A DNA stretch of 64,000 nucleotides from Lytechinus pictus. Taxonomy: Eukaryota. Every line of letters begins with the position of its first letter. Position 1 is the first letter of the stretch. The notes under the pieces were generated by a model, which searched no databases, was not told the DNA's origin, and was given only the letters and a program-made list of their open reading frames with translations. The DNA lies in contig NC_087249.1 of NCBI RefSeq assembly GCF_037042905.1, forward strand, positions 10,294,001 to 10,358,000, written 5' to 3'. Below, piece by piece: positions 1-12,221 of the stretch. The translations under genes were made by a program, and so were the position numbers.

Positions 1-701
1 TAGGTAATATATAGTTTTATTTGGTTTCAAAGCTATAAAAATCAAGTAGTTGTCATAAGCATTAATTTGCAGAGAAAGTCTTTAAAGTCAAGGTTATCAA
101 TCATTGTTGATGTAAATCTGGTAGTTCTGGCTTTAACAAAGCAAATGTGAATTAACGTAATGAAATGTTGCTCTGAAACCAAGATAGTCCCCAACATAAA
201 TAAACATTCCTGGGCCCATGTATTGGTATTGCTTGGAAGAAGACACGTCTCCAACTGAATGCCATGCTTATTGTGCTTACTTGCACAATTACAAATTTTT
301 ACTAGAATCATTTGGCATAATACACTTTTTTTAATTGACACACACTTTGGTGATCATTTTGTTGAATTTGTTGAATTTTGTTGAATTCTGTATGAATTAA
401 TGTTATGATTGTTGCCAGAAGTGGGATATAAGTTTTAAGCAGAAGTCCATCCTGATGTCAGATTGTTTTTTTGTTTTTTTTAATAAAAAATCAGTAAATC
501 ATTCATAAGGAGAGAAGCATATCAATGACGGTTTGGCAAAAATCCATCAAATAAAAAACAGCCAGAAATTGTCAAAGGTTTTTATTTTATGACTTATAGC
601 AGCTCCTGGATGTCATGTAAAATGTTTGATTTTATGAATTTCATAAATTGCCATTTTTCAGTGGTTCATGATGATTTATATTTTTTCATGGAAGTGTGAA
701 T

Positions 702-973
702 GGGGGTGCGTCGTGGTCTAGGGGTTCTGACTCTCGCCTTTGAAACAGAAGGTTGTGGGTTCGAATAGTAGCCATGGCACGTTTTCCTTCAGCAAGAAAT
801 TTATCCCCACTGTGCTGCACTCGACCCAGGTGAGGTGAATGGGTACCCGGCAGGTGTAATTCCTTGCATGCACTGAGCGCCGGTGACTAGCTCGAGCTAC
901 AACTGGGGTAATAACAGCAGCACTTTGTATCCTCTGGCAAAAAGCGCTGTATAAATCCAGCTCTTATTATTAT
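702..973 (+). mobile_element. tRNA-derived SINE, nested in a degenerate MITE (about 436-1220)
   Basis: A-box-like gtggtctagggg, B-box GGTTCGAAT, core shared with the other two SINEs (gacccaggtg...aatgggtacc), (ATT)n tail. Confidence 0.85.
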
Positions 974-2199
974 GGAAAAAGTGTCATTGAATACATGGGT
1001 AAAAACCTTTTTTTCAATATCCTGAAATAATTGGCACTCTGTGGAATTCAAGTGCATGACATGTGGGAGAGCTACTTGTATGTGAAGTCACAACATATTA
1101 TAATTTGAAAAAAAATTTAAACAAAACTTGGATATTCTTGCATTAATTTTGCGAAGCATGTGTTGATATCTATTTTTGTTTTGTTATGACCATTTTGACA
1201 TCAGGGTGAACTTCGTTAAGTTTGCAAAATGAGGAGTATATATTCTAAAGGCCATTGTGCAATTTATTGGTTTCTGCTTTATATGTACCGAGATATTCTA
1301 ATATGTCTCAGGAGGAAATTGGCTTGAACAAAATATAGCCAATCAAAGAGTTTTGACAATATCGTGTATTTTAATTTGATGGACCAATGACAAAGTCAAC
1401 GGTAAAGAAATAGTGGTAGCAGTGATTTTATCAAATATTTAAAGAATGAATATGAATATTGAGGTGACAAGTTTAATATTCTTTTGTTTTAGATGATACA
1501 AGAAACAAAGTACTGTCAAGTGTCAGTTTTGTATTTTACTACATTTGTGTACAATGTCTATGTATTGATGCAGCCCAGTATAATGTTCATATGCTGTCTA
1601 GCAAATATAGAGTGGAATTACATGTATTTGCCGCTCTATGTTGTGTTTTTTATGTTCCAAGATATTATCAGGAATTCTGCATCTCTTGCTTTTTATTTCA
1701 TTTTTTGTGTATGAGATATCGCCACGTGAGTGTCGAGGAGAAATGTGCTGATTCGTGGTGATTTTGATTTTTTTGTTAATAAAATTATATATTTACAGTT
1801 ATGAGAATGAAGAAAGTGTTTGTTTTCATAAGAATTGGTTTGTTTCATATTTTTCTTGTCTGTACAAAAGTATTGTTCAATTTTACCGAGTGGAATTTGT
1901 GCAGTGCCCTTGTAAATTTTGATCAATTTCTTTTGGAACCCAGTTTATTTGAAAGGGCAAAAACAAGATAAACAAAATTTGCCACCTTGAATACCAAGTA
2001 TTTTTGCAAAAGGGGAAATTACATTTGGATGTTGTTTTTGGTTTATGAGCACTCTTTTATTTAAACAATGGCTCAAAAGTAATATAGAACAGGTTAATTT
2101 GAACAAGCTGTAGTTTTATCTACAGTATAGCAACTATGAATTCAGCTCTCTCCACTGTAAGTATGCATTAACTTTTATCAAGAATATTCTTTTTATTAA

Positions 2200-2780
2200 G
2201 GACAAGTCCACCCCAACAAAAAGTTGATTTGAATAAAAAGAGAAAAACCAATCCAGCACAACACTGAAAATTTCATCAAATCGGATGTAAAATAAGAAAG
2301 TTATGACATTTTAAAGATTTGCTTATTTTTCACATAGTTATATGTACAATTTAGTCACATGCAAATGAGAGTCGATAATGTCCCTCACTATTTCTTTTGT
2401 TTTTTATTTGAATTATACAATATTTCAATTTTTACAGATTTGACAATAAGGACAAACTTGACTGAACCATAAAATGTTAAACAATGGTAATTCCACATGT
2501 TCAGGGAGAAATAAAACTTTGTTTCACAGGACAAAGGGGGGGGGGGATAAAATATATCATATGATAAAATACAAAAGAAATAGTGATTGATGTCATCAGT
2601 TCCCTCATTTGCATAACGACCGAAATATGCATATAACTTTTTTGTGAAATTAAGCGAAACTTAAAAATGTCAGAACTTTATTTTACATCTGATTTCGATG
2701 AAATTTTCAGCATTATACATTGTACTGATTAGATTTTTCTTTTTATTCAAATCAACTTTTTGTTAGGGTGGACTTGTCCT
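2200..2780. mobile_element. MITE flanked by TTAA (Kolobok-like)
   Basis: ttaa-GGACAAGTCCACCC...GGGTGGACTTGTCCT-ttaa, with long imperfect inverted arms. Confidence 0.8.
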
Positions 2781-3166
2781 TTAAAATGCACAAAACTTTT
2801 TATCCACCTTGGTGAAATTTGATGTACTTTGGCAACAAGTGCACGTTGTACATTCTAATCTTACTCTACTCTCCCCCTCTCTCTCTACTCCCTCCCTCTC
2901 CCTTCCTCTCGTCTTTCTCTCCCCTCTCTCTACAATTCTTAGGCATTAACAAGCATGAACACAACCACTGACTAGTGTCTACAGAATGTTGATCATATTT
3001 ACATTTCCATTTATTTGAAACTTCAATTTAAAAAAAAAGGAACAAATTTCAAAATGAAAACAAAGTTACATGAACATAATTGTCATTTTTAATTTTGACA
3101 TCCTCTGTCAATCAGTGATAATGTACACTTAACAACCTTCAATGACATACAATAACATGATTTTTC

Positions 3167-3716
3167 TGGGGCCCAGTTTGATAAAGAGTTGCGATTAATT
3201 CAACTTTTGACTGCTCTTAAACTCGTATCTCTTCATTACAAAAACTCAGTTCAATTGCAATTTGAGTTAATTCGAATCAATTACAACTCTTTGTCAGACC
3301 GACCCCTTGGTCCTGTAACACAAAGGTTAGCGATTAATCATACACTTGGTTTTCACAATTGTACATTATATTCAATGCAATCAATCGTAAACAAAATCTA
3401 CGATGATTGCTTAGCTTTGTGTTACACGCCCCTGGTGAACAGTTTGCTCCAGCAGCAGTTGCTCCTTGTTTTCCAAAAAGCTTTAAGCTTAGGCCACATT
3501 CTCAATGGTTTAACACCAGGGGGAGGGGGTGTTTCACAAAGATTAAGTGTGGCTTACAGTCAATGCTTCAGTGCCACGATATGCACAAGAGATTTGCAAT
3601 AGCACATGTCCATTGAGTATTATTTGACCAATGTGTAGATACATTTTTAAATGCACAACTGGGTATTTAAGTGCCACTTTTTAAGTCACACTTAAATCTT
3701 CGGAAACACCCCCTGG
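3167..3716. repeat. Cluster of three short hairpin MITEs
   Basis: Inverted-repeat units at about 3167-3306, 3308-3435 and 3517-3716. Relatives lie at 43858-44026, 45195-45328, 13014-13168, 15144-15427 and 9363-9569. Confidence 0.7.
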
Positions 3717-6700
3717 ATTAAAGGCGATTCATCTCACCATTTCAGAAATCAAAACTCTGTGAAAAATGTGACTGACCTTTGCCCCACTGCATTTTTCTGA
3801 AAGAGGCTGTAGGGTTCTGTTCTTTAGGTTACTAGTAGTTATTGAAGTAACAGATATATCACAACAAAAGTTGGAATTGCGATAGTTGTTGAAAATCCAC
3901 TGCGGAGAAGTCACTGCTGGAGCACATGCCTCACGACCGAAATTCTAAGTACTTTTTAAATTTTTTTTTCCATTTTAAAGCTTTAAGTTACTGTTGCAAT
4001 CTATTACTGCAGTTTGTCACAATGTTCTGAGGAAAAATTTAGTTTATAAATAATTAGTGCTCATCCACAAGGATAACTTCAGAATACACAGTATGAGATG
4101 TTTTTTTAAATCTTTACAACACCATGCACAAGTTAACTGACCGACTACCCAGTTCTTTAATTGTTTATAATAGGAAACTCTGAAATCCACAAAAAATAGG
4201 TTAATTTGGAGAAAATGAAAGAAACGATATCCTAAAAAATATTGTAAAAAAGCTTTAGTAAAGAAATAAAACATTTCCGACTTAGACTCTCAAATGTGTT
4301 TCTGAGTATAAACAGATTGAGAAAAACATAGGATATGCAGGGATACACCTCATACGTGACTTATCTAGTAATACTGGACACTCTGGAATAAACATTTTTT
4401 TCCCATTTAATTTCATGTCTCTTTTCATCCAAATATCAATATTAAATACCGTACATGAAACATTGACCTAGTTATTGCAAGGAGTTGGTAACTCCTTGGT
4501 AATTGGGGAAGGGGGCGATTCACTGATGGCAACAAAAATATATCTTGAAGGTGCGAATCAGTCTCATAACTTGATTTTATCTGATATGAAATCAATCAGT
4601 TGTTAGTGAATCTCACCCTTGTGCTTCTTGTGGATGGTGTGTATCTAAACTTAACATTCTTTCTGATACTCTGTACATTATTACTGTCTATGAATGAGAA
4701 AAGCAATAGTTTTCTTTTACCATTGTGCCATGAATGCAGAAGTCTGATCAAAGGTACATAAATGACCAGTTTCAACTGGTTTCCAACGACCACAGCTGGT
4801 TTGAATCAGTATCCTGATACACAAAATTGTCCAGGGATAAGACTGTGTTTTACCATAGCTCTATGGTTTTACCATGAAACCTTGAATGCAGAAGCCTAGA
4901 GTAACAAATATACATAGTTAACCAGTTTCAACTGGTTTCACGAAATTTCACCTGGTCACAACTGGTTGCGATTGGTACAATATGATGATTAAGAAAACAC
5001 ATCTAACAATGAGAGGTGAAATAATTTTCTTTTACCATTAAACTACAAATTATGAATGTAAAAACGACAAGTCTCAGCAGTTTGGGCTATCCATTGTTAA
5101 AGCTTAGATTTAAAACAATGTTTACATCATTCATACAATAGTTCTGAATACAGGCTGCACTGTTACACTTCATTGATCAATCTTAAACAATGTAAAAAAA
5201 AATCAGATGAGACAATTAGTAGTTACATGTATATGTTTAAATCGCACAGGAAAAAAATATTACATTTAGTAACAACTTGAAAAGCATATGAATGATTTTT
5301 TTTTTCTTGTTAACTGAATTGTCTTGGTCATCACCTCTTTTGAGACCCATCTCTTTTGATAATTGATGTTTAATTATCTAAAAAACACAGTACCATAAAG
5401 AAATTATTTCACTATTTTCAATACCATATTTCGAAACCAAGAGATATTTTGCAAAAGACAAAATGACTTAAGTATTCATTTGCAAATAAATCTAGAAATC
5501 TTATATCTCTTACAAAACGGACATAACAGCAAAAACATGAATACGATGATCGACGTTGAATACGAACACTGAATATCTAGTCAGGAAAGACGGCTTGATA
5601 CACACTTTGTGTGGAGAGAAACATGGATAAGACACACTACAAAACGTACAAAAATCAACTACAACAAAACTATTTGGCATCATACAACATATACAAATAC
5701 GAACAATGTTTTACAATTTAAAACCATGTTATAGAAGACATAACCTGGGTGTGACCTTGTCATCAGTTCATTTTCAGACAAATGAAAGATAAATGGACAT
5801 TCTGAAATAAAAAAAAGATCCATTTGCTGGAAAAAATGAAATTTCCATCAATAATTCCCCACTGCTTCGTATTGCCCGATTTGAAAAAAAAATAATAATA
5901 ATTCAATGAAATTGAAGAATTAAAGCAATTGAAGCTAATCTACTGATCAGAAGAAATCCATGAGTCAATATTTGGACAAGCAATATTTTTATGCACATAA
6001 AACTTTATAAAAATATACTTCCTCTGTCCCTTTGTAAAGAAAAAAAAAATTGTTTAGTTTGGTCTTGACTTTTACTACCCTCCTTGCTTATATATAAAAA
6101 AGGATGGTTAATGAAGGCTCAAATTAGCTGGTTCAACTAATACTCCTTTGTAAAAAGTTGATAAGTTATTTTGTGTCACAATTCAAAGGATAAACAAGCA
6201 TGGGTACTAGATTTGGTTTGGACAGGGGTGCGTAGCTGAAGCCTTGAAATGCACACTAATTTTTTTAAGGGTAATTTTGGCAGTAAATAGTACACATTAT
6301 TAAGGATTTTAGCGGCAAATCGCTGTATGCTAATACAATGCATGAACAGCAGCCCTAAGAAACAACCCCTGGTCATTAAAAAGATTAATAAGTAAATCAG
6401 CACCTACAATCACTACATAATTACAGCACCACACAGCAGTTTCCGGAATTAGTGCACTACAAAGTTGCACAAAATTCCCACGATTAACACGAGTAAAAAC
6501 AGACAAATTGACAGAATATATATATGTTGTTTTTCTTGAGCCACACCGATATATACACATCAAAAGTCAAGTCTTATCACATTTGTCCATATAATTTCTG
6601 TTATAAAGTAAAAAATATTTATATATATCTTATAAAACATTTCTTTGTAAAATATTCATGGTAACATGAATGGAATGCTGCGCAGAGAAGAGGGATAAAA

Positions 6701-7085
6701 CACAGAATGAGAAAAACTTAGATAAAACACAAATAGAGATAATAGAGGGGTAAAGAGTGGATTTGAAAGCCACAGGGCATCTGCATTTTAAAGTTTCTTA
6801 ATTAATACACTGATCACCATTATAAAGGAAATTCATTTGACTGAAAGCAATGAAAAAGGCTTCATCAGACATGTTGCAACAAAGTTCAGCTATATATATA
6901 ATAATAATAATACATAACATTTATAAGGCGCTTACTACTGGTGTTTCTAAATGCACTGTGTTATGTTTATGGTTTATACTTGGGATTAAAAGAAAAGAAA
7001 AAATGTGGAAGGGGAAAGTGACACAGCTAATGCAACTATACTAATAATCAAGAAAATAAACCTGACATGCAGCCATTCCCCTTAA

Positions 7086-7668
7086 AGGGATGGTCCGGGC
7101 TGAAAGTATTTATAGCTTTATAAACAGAGTAGAATTCACTGAGCAAAATGCCAAAAAAATTTTATCAAAATCGGATAACAAATAACAAAGTTATTGAATT
7201 TTAAAGTTTAGCAACATTTGGGGAAAACAGTCGTCATGAATAATCATTAGGTGGGCTGATGATGTCACATCTCCACTTGTTCTTTTGTATTTTATTATAT
7301 GAAATGAGGTTTATTCAAATTTTTTCCTCCAAGAAGTAGAAAAATTGGAATGACAACTGATTTAGTGCATTAGATATTTATTGCTGCAACTTATTTCATT
7401 ATAAGGGAGACATATTATTCACACAAGTATGAAATAATGAAAAATTATGATTTTATGTAATAACATAAGAAAACGGAAAGTGGAGATGTGACATCATCAG
7501 CCCACCTAATGAATATTCATGACGACTGTTTTCACCAAATATTGCTAAACTTTAAACTTCAATAACTTTATTATTTGTTATCCGATTTTGATGAAATTTT
7601 CGGCATTTTGCTCAGTGAATTCTACTCTATGTATTAAGATATAAATATTTTCAGCCCGGACCATCCCT
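7086..7668. mobile_element. Foldback MITE flanked by TTAA (Kolobok-like)
   Basis: TTAA-AGGGATGGTCCGGGCTGAAA...TTTCAGCCCGGACCATCCCT-TTAA. The arms match over roughly 200 bp. Confidence 0.88.
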
Positions 7669-10600
7669 TTAAGGGCAGGTTAAAGGTGGCACAATATGGA
7701 TATAAACCTTGCTGGAGGAAATAAACTGTAGGCCTACAGATAGGATTCAAACTCAGCACCAAGTTATGAATTTGTCTTTGGACAAGTCTCCTTTACTTGA
7801 AAATTGATGCATGAAATTTGATCTACAGCCAGGGTAATATATGTTATATGATACAAAGTAATCAAGGGCAGTACAGTGTACGCATAAACTTGATAAAGTA
7901 AGTGCGCTATATAAATGGAGATATTATTATTACGAAAGTAGGTTGATTAGCCTCACAATGTTTGAACAAAGATATAAATTGCTGAAGTTTATTGGATCAC
8001 GTCTGAATAAAGAGTTTTAATAATGAGCTGCCAATATCGTATGGTGTATAATTTCAGTGACTAGATTACATGACTGCTAAAAAGGCAAAATAAAGAGTAA
8101 GACCCATAGGTTGACATGCAGAAGGTCTTGACTGAAAAAAAACAAATCTAAAAGGTAAATTTGAAAAACAGATACAGAACTATTTTCTACTTAAATCTAT
8201 TCACAACTCAAAATGTGTATTATGAAGTCTGTGTTTTGTACTGTAATTTTCAATAAAAAAAGAACAGCATCTAATTATGCAAGTGAGATTTGAGAAATAT
8301 TCTCAGATGGCGTGTTTCGTATTTCTGCTTGTCAGACCTTGAAGTATACATTAATAAATATTGGGATGTTTCGAAGATGGTGATGCTTATGATATTGTTG
8401 TTAACGTAAAAAAGCAAACTCTGAAGACAACTTCACTACAGCAAAGGCGATCATACATAACCCTCATATGATTGCCACATTTCCACAAATAAAAAGTGTC
8501 AGCAATGTTTATACAGCACCCACACAACAAATCTTATTGTATTCCACATATTTGGGACTGTTAGTAAAAAAAAAAATTAAAAAAACTCGCCTCCAGACAC
8601 GACTGAAAAAAAGAACTATATTTTCATAAACAGCAATAGAATTCCATGAAAATATTCACTACAATTATATGGCATAAATAGTAATTGCACATAGATACTA
8701 GTTGATAAAGATATTTATAGCTTTCACAAACCTGCACACCATAAAATGCTAAATTCTAGCATAGATTAACAAAAAAATCAACAAAAATGTCATAATCAAG
8801 GTATAGGCCTAAACAATATAAAAACATTTATTATAGTAATGAATACAATAAAAGACCCCTCAAATTCAAAGTACAACACTCCCAATTAATGTGGATAATT
8901 TCAAGTACAGTTGTTGAGAATACTTTTAAATGCTTTTTATTTCATGAAATAACAAAATACTCAAACAAGGATTTCTGATAATTTTTAATTACCCAAATGA
9001 ATTCCAAAAATGATTAGAGTAAAGATTTATATAATAACCACCCCCAACATAAACTAACAAATATTTCATGCCTTGTCTTTCAGCGGCTGAAGTCTACCAC
9101 GAGTGAAATGAGTGACAGTTTTTCAGGCATAATCCTTCAAAAGAAATGACATTATTAAAGTTGAAAGCAAAACAAAAACACAATGATAAATATTGCTTTA
9201 ATAGGTTCAGCACTAATTAAAAGAAAATGAAAACTCAACTTCATACATAAGAATACATTTCACACAAATTAGTGGAATATTTGTGAATACTTGATCATAC
9301 TTCTTAGTAAAAAATGAATACCATTGATTGGCTAACTCCTCTCTGGTCATGGGTTAGAATACTGGGGGGGGGGGGGAGAGATTCACTAAGAGTTAAGTTT
9401 GACTTAGCCAATGTATGCATGTTATTTAATGGGTAACCTGTTCGATATATATGGTAGTGCATGTCACATGCGCATGAGCTGACCAATGCGGTGATGCATT
9501 CTATACCACGCGCAACTGAAATTTAGATGCGACTCTCAAGTCAAACTTAAATCTTTGTGAAAACCCCCAAGATCACTTTCATTTGTCTACAGCCATTTCA
9601 TTTAGAACCACTCCTCGGTCTAATTTCACATGTATAAATTCAATATATCCTATCAATTTTGTCTAATTCTCATTTGGTTTAATCATCACTGTCTAAAAGC
9701 CAATTATGTCATAACAAACAATTGACTTATCGTAACTTTGTCCAATTACCCCCCATGTCTAATGACCATTTAGTGTATTATAAGTTTGTCTAATCAGTTT
9801 CTCTAAATCAATCATATGTCCGCAATCAATTGCCAATTTGTAATTGATTGCTAAACTGCTTCTTAAAACAGGGAGTGTAATCCGATTTGCTACAGATAAA
9901 AGTGATCAATCAATTGTAAAATTGCAACAGAATATTTGCGATTGATTGTAAATATTTTCTTGAAACACCCCCTTACTCGTAGTGGACCAAGTGGGCATTA
10001 GATGAGATGGGTCAGACCTCACTGGAGATTGAGAAATAGTAAAATGAGCTAGACAAGAATTACACTTTTTTATTTCATGAAATGGTTGAAGACAATGTGG
10101 CAATTGACCATTCACTGTTATAATACAAGACAAAATGTATGTATTGACACACTGGGGCCTTGTATCAAAATGCCAGGCGATTGATTGTTGAGTTGATTAG
10201 ATTGCACATAATGATCATTGAAATCAATTGTAAAAACCAGCCTACAATCAATCACTACTAAGCTTTGTGTCATGAAACCCTGGATTACCATTGCAACAGA
10301 CTTTCAGGCCTGTATTCTGAACTCAGATTAAATTCAAACTCTGGTTTTACGTTGTGGTTTAACTATGGAAAGCCAATTGTGACACAAATCTTTAACATTA
10401 CAGGTTCCATTTATCAGCTCTTCTTATACTCAGATCATTCACTACTGGCTATGAATAATAACTGAATCAGTTTTCTTTGCCATTATAGCATGATGAAAGC
10501 GTTCAGTAAACCTAAGAAACATGCAATGTTAACAAAATTGACATTTTTGGCTTCCCATAACTTTAGCAGAGTTAGACCATGGCCTGAGTTAAATTGAATT

Positions 10601-12194
10601 TCAGAATACAGGCCATAGAAAAGAGAAAAAAACAAGTCCATCTATCTGGAATATGTTTTAAGGCTATTTAGCCAATTACTGTCTTTATAGGCCTAAAACA
10701 TTGTCTGCGGTGGGAATTGATCAGGCGATTGGCTGACTGACATCCAATCAGTCCTGACCAGCAGTCACACAATACACATCTATATCAACATTTATCTTAC
10801 ATTTGATCATGGAAAATATTTATCCTTTGATTCAACGTAACCACATTGAATAGAATGGATCCTTACTCTATCAGTGTCTTTAGGATCATACTCAGTGGCG
10901 GACCATGACCCAGAGGAGACAAAGCATTGGAGGGGCACAACATTATTCACAAACAATACAGTGCCCCTCCAATCATTGTCTCCTCCGGGTCACGGTACGC
11001 CACTGATCATACTCATGCTCTGTTGGTGCCCTGTCACACCAAGATACACGACCAATATTATGATCGATTGCAAACCCATTAATACATGGTTTAGGACAGA
11101 CCTACAGTTGAGATCAGTCATAAGATCGATTGCATCTCCTCGAAGAAGTCTTCTTGAATCAAGTTCCACTGTAAATTCCAGCCGTAAGCACTGAAAAGAG
11201 GAGCCCTCAAGAAACTGGATACTGGTAAAGAGCTTTGAGCAAAACTCTTTGCAGATACTCATTGAAGTGATCGAACAAAATCGCCCAAAACCACCAATTA
11301 ATATAACAGCTGGGACCAGCTAAGTCACCTAGTAGAGATTTATTAATAAAATACCATGGTACTCCTTTATGGACCTCCAAGACTCCAACTGATTTTTGTG
11401 ACCATCCTACGTTGATCCAGTAACCTAACGCTGTGCCTTCAACATGGTGATCTAGAGAGCAATTTAACGATGTTAACTGTCTATCAAGTTGTTGGTCGGA
11501 CACTATTCCTTGATTTTGATTGCCTAAGAAGCACAGCTGGTTCCTATAGTAACTCTTAGATGAAAATTACTCTGTCAGATTAAGTACTTTCATGAAATGT
11601 TCTCCTTTTTGGCTGTGAATTTCTCATTCTTTTAGAGGGCATCATAAACCGTCGAAGGGGCATTGACAGCGTGACCGTCAATGGCAGTTGATCGATTCAG
11701 GCTATGGCCGTGTATAACTAATACACCTGACAGATTTATTATCAATACTAGTATACCAGAGTAGACCTTTTTGGTCCTCCAAGATTCCATCTGATTTTCG
11801 TGACCATCCTAAATTGATCCAATGGCCAAACACTCCTAACTCCAATATGGTGATCAGAAGATAGATCTGAGAAATAGATGACGCGGATCCACTGCTTTGA
11901 CTGCTTTAACCCGACTCCAATGGATTAGCTTGATAAGTAATACATCTTCCACCATGATACCCAGTAATCATTCAACTTTGTTACTTCAACCGGTCGTAAG
12001 GTAGGCATAAGCGATTCAGGAGTTCGCTGTTTATCCATTACATAGTCCTCTGATTTTGATGAGTGCCCTTACGCAGTTGATCGTCAATACTGATTCAATG
12101 ATTATGCATTGGAACTCCCAACTGCGGGTCTGAGAGTACATTGATCTGTTTCACCACCTTTGACGAGAAGGAGTGACTGAACATACCGGGGCTC

Positions 12195-12221
12195 TCATAG
12201 AGAGGTTGTAGGGACTCCGTT
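12195..12221 (-). CDS. TMEM266: Last coding exon (NGVPTTSL-stop), followed by the 3' UTR
   Basis: tttttcctcag acceptor, phase 0, TGA at 12197-12195. Confidence 0.8.
   Translation of the reverse strand, partial: NGVPTTSL

Noticed and set aside
702..780. tRNA genes here and at about 14380-14451 and 20758-20830
   Set aside because: These are tRNA-like heads continuing into a shared SINE core and (ATT)n tail, with no complete cloverleaf.
3189..3616. 137-aa and 69-aa ORFs
   Set aside because: They run across adjacent hairpin MITEs and have no protein-like features.
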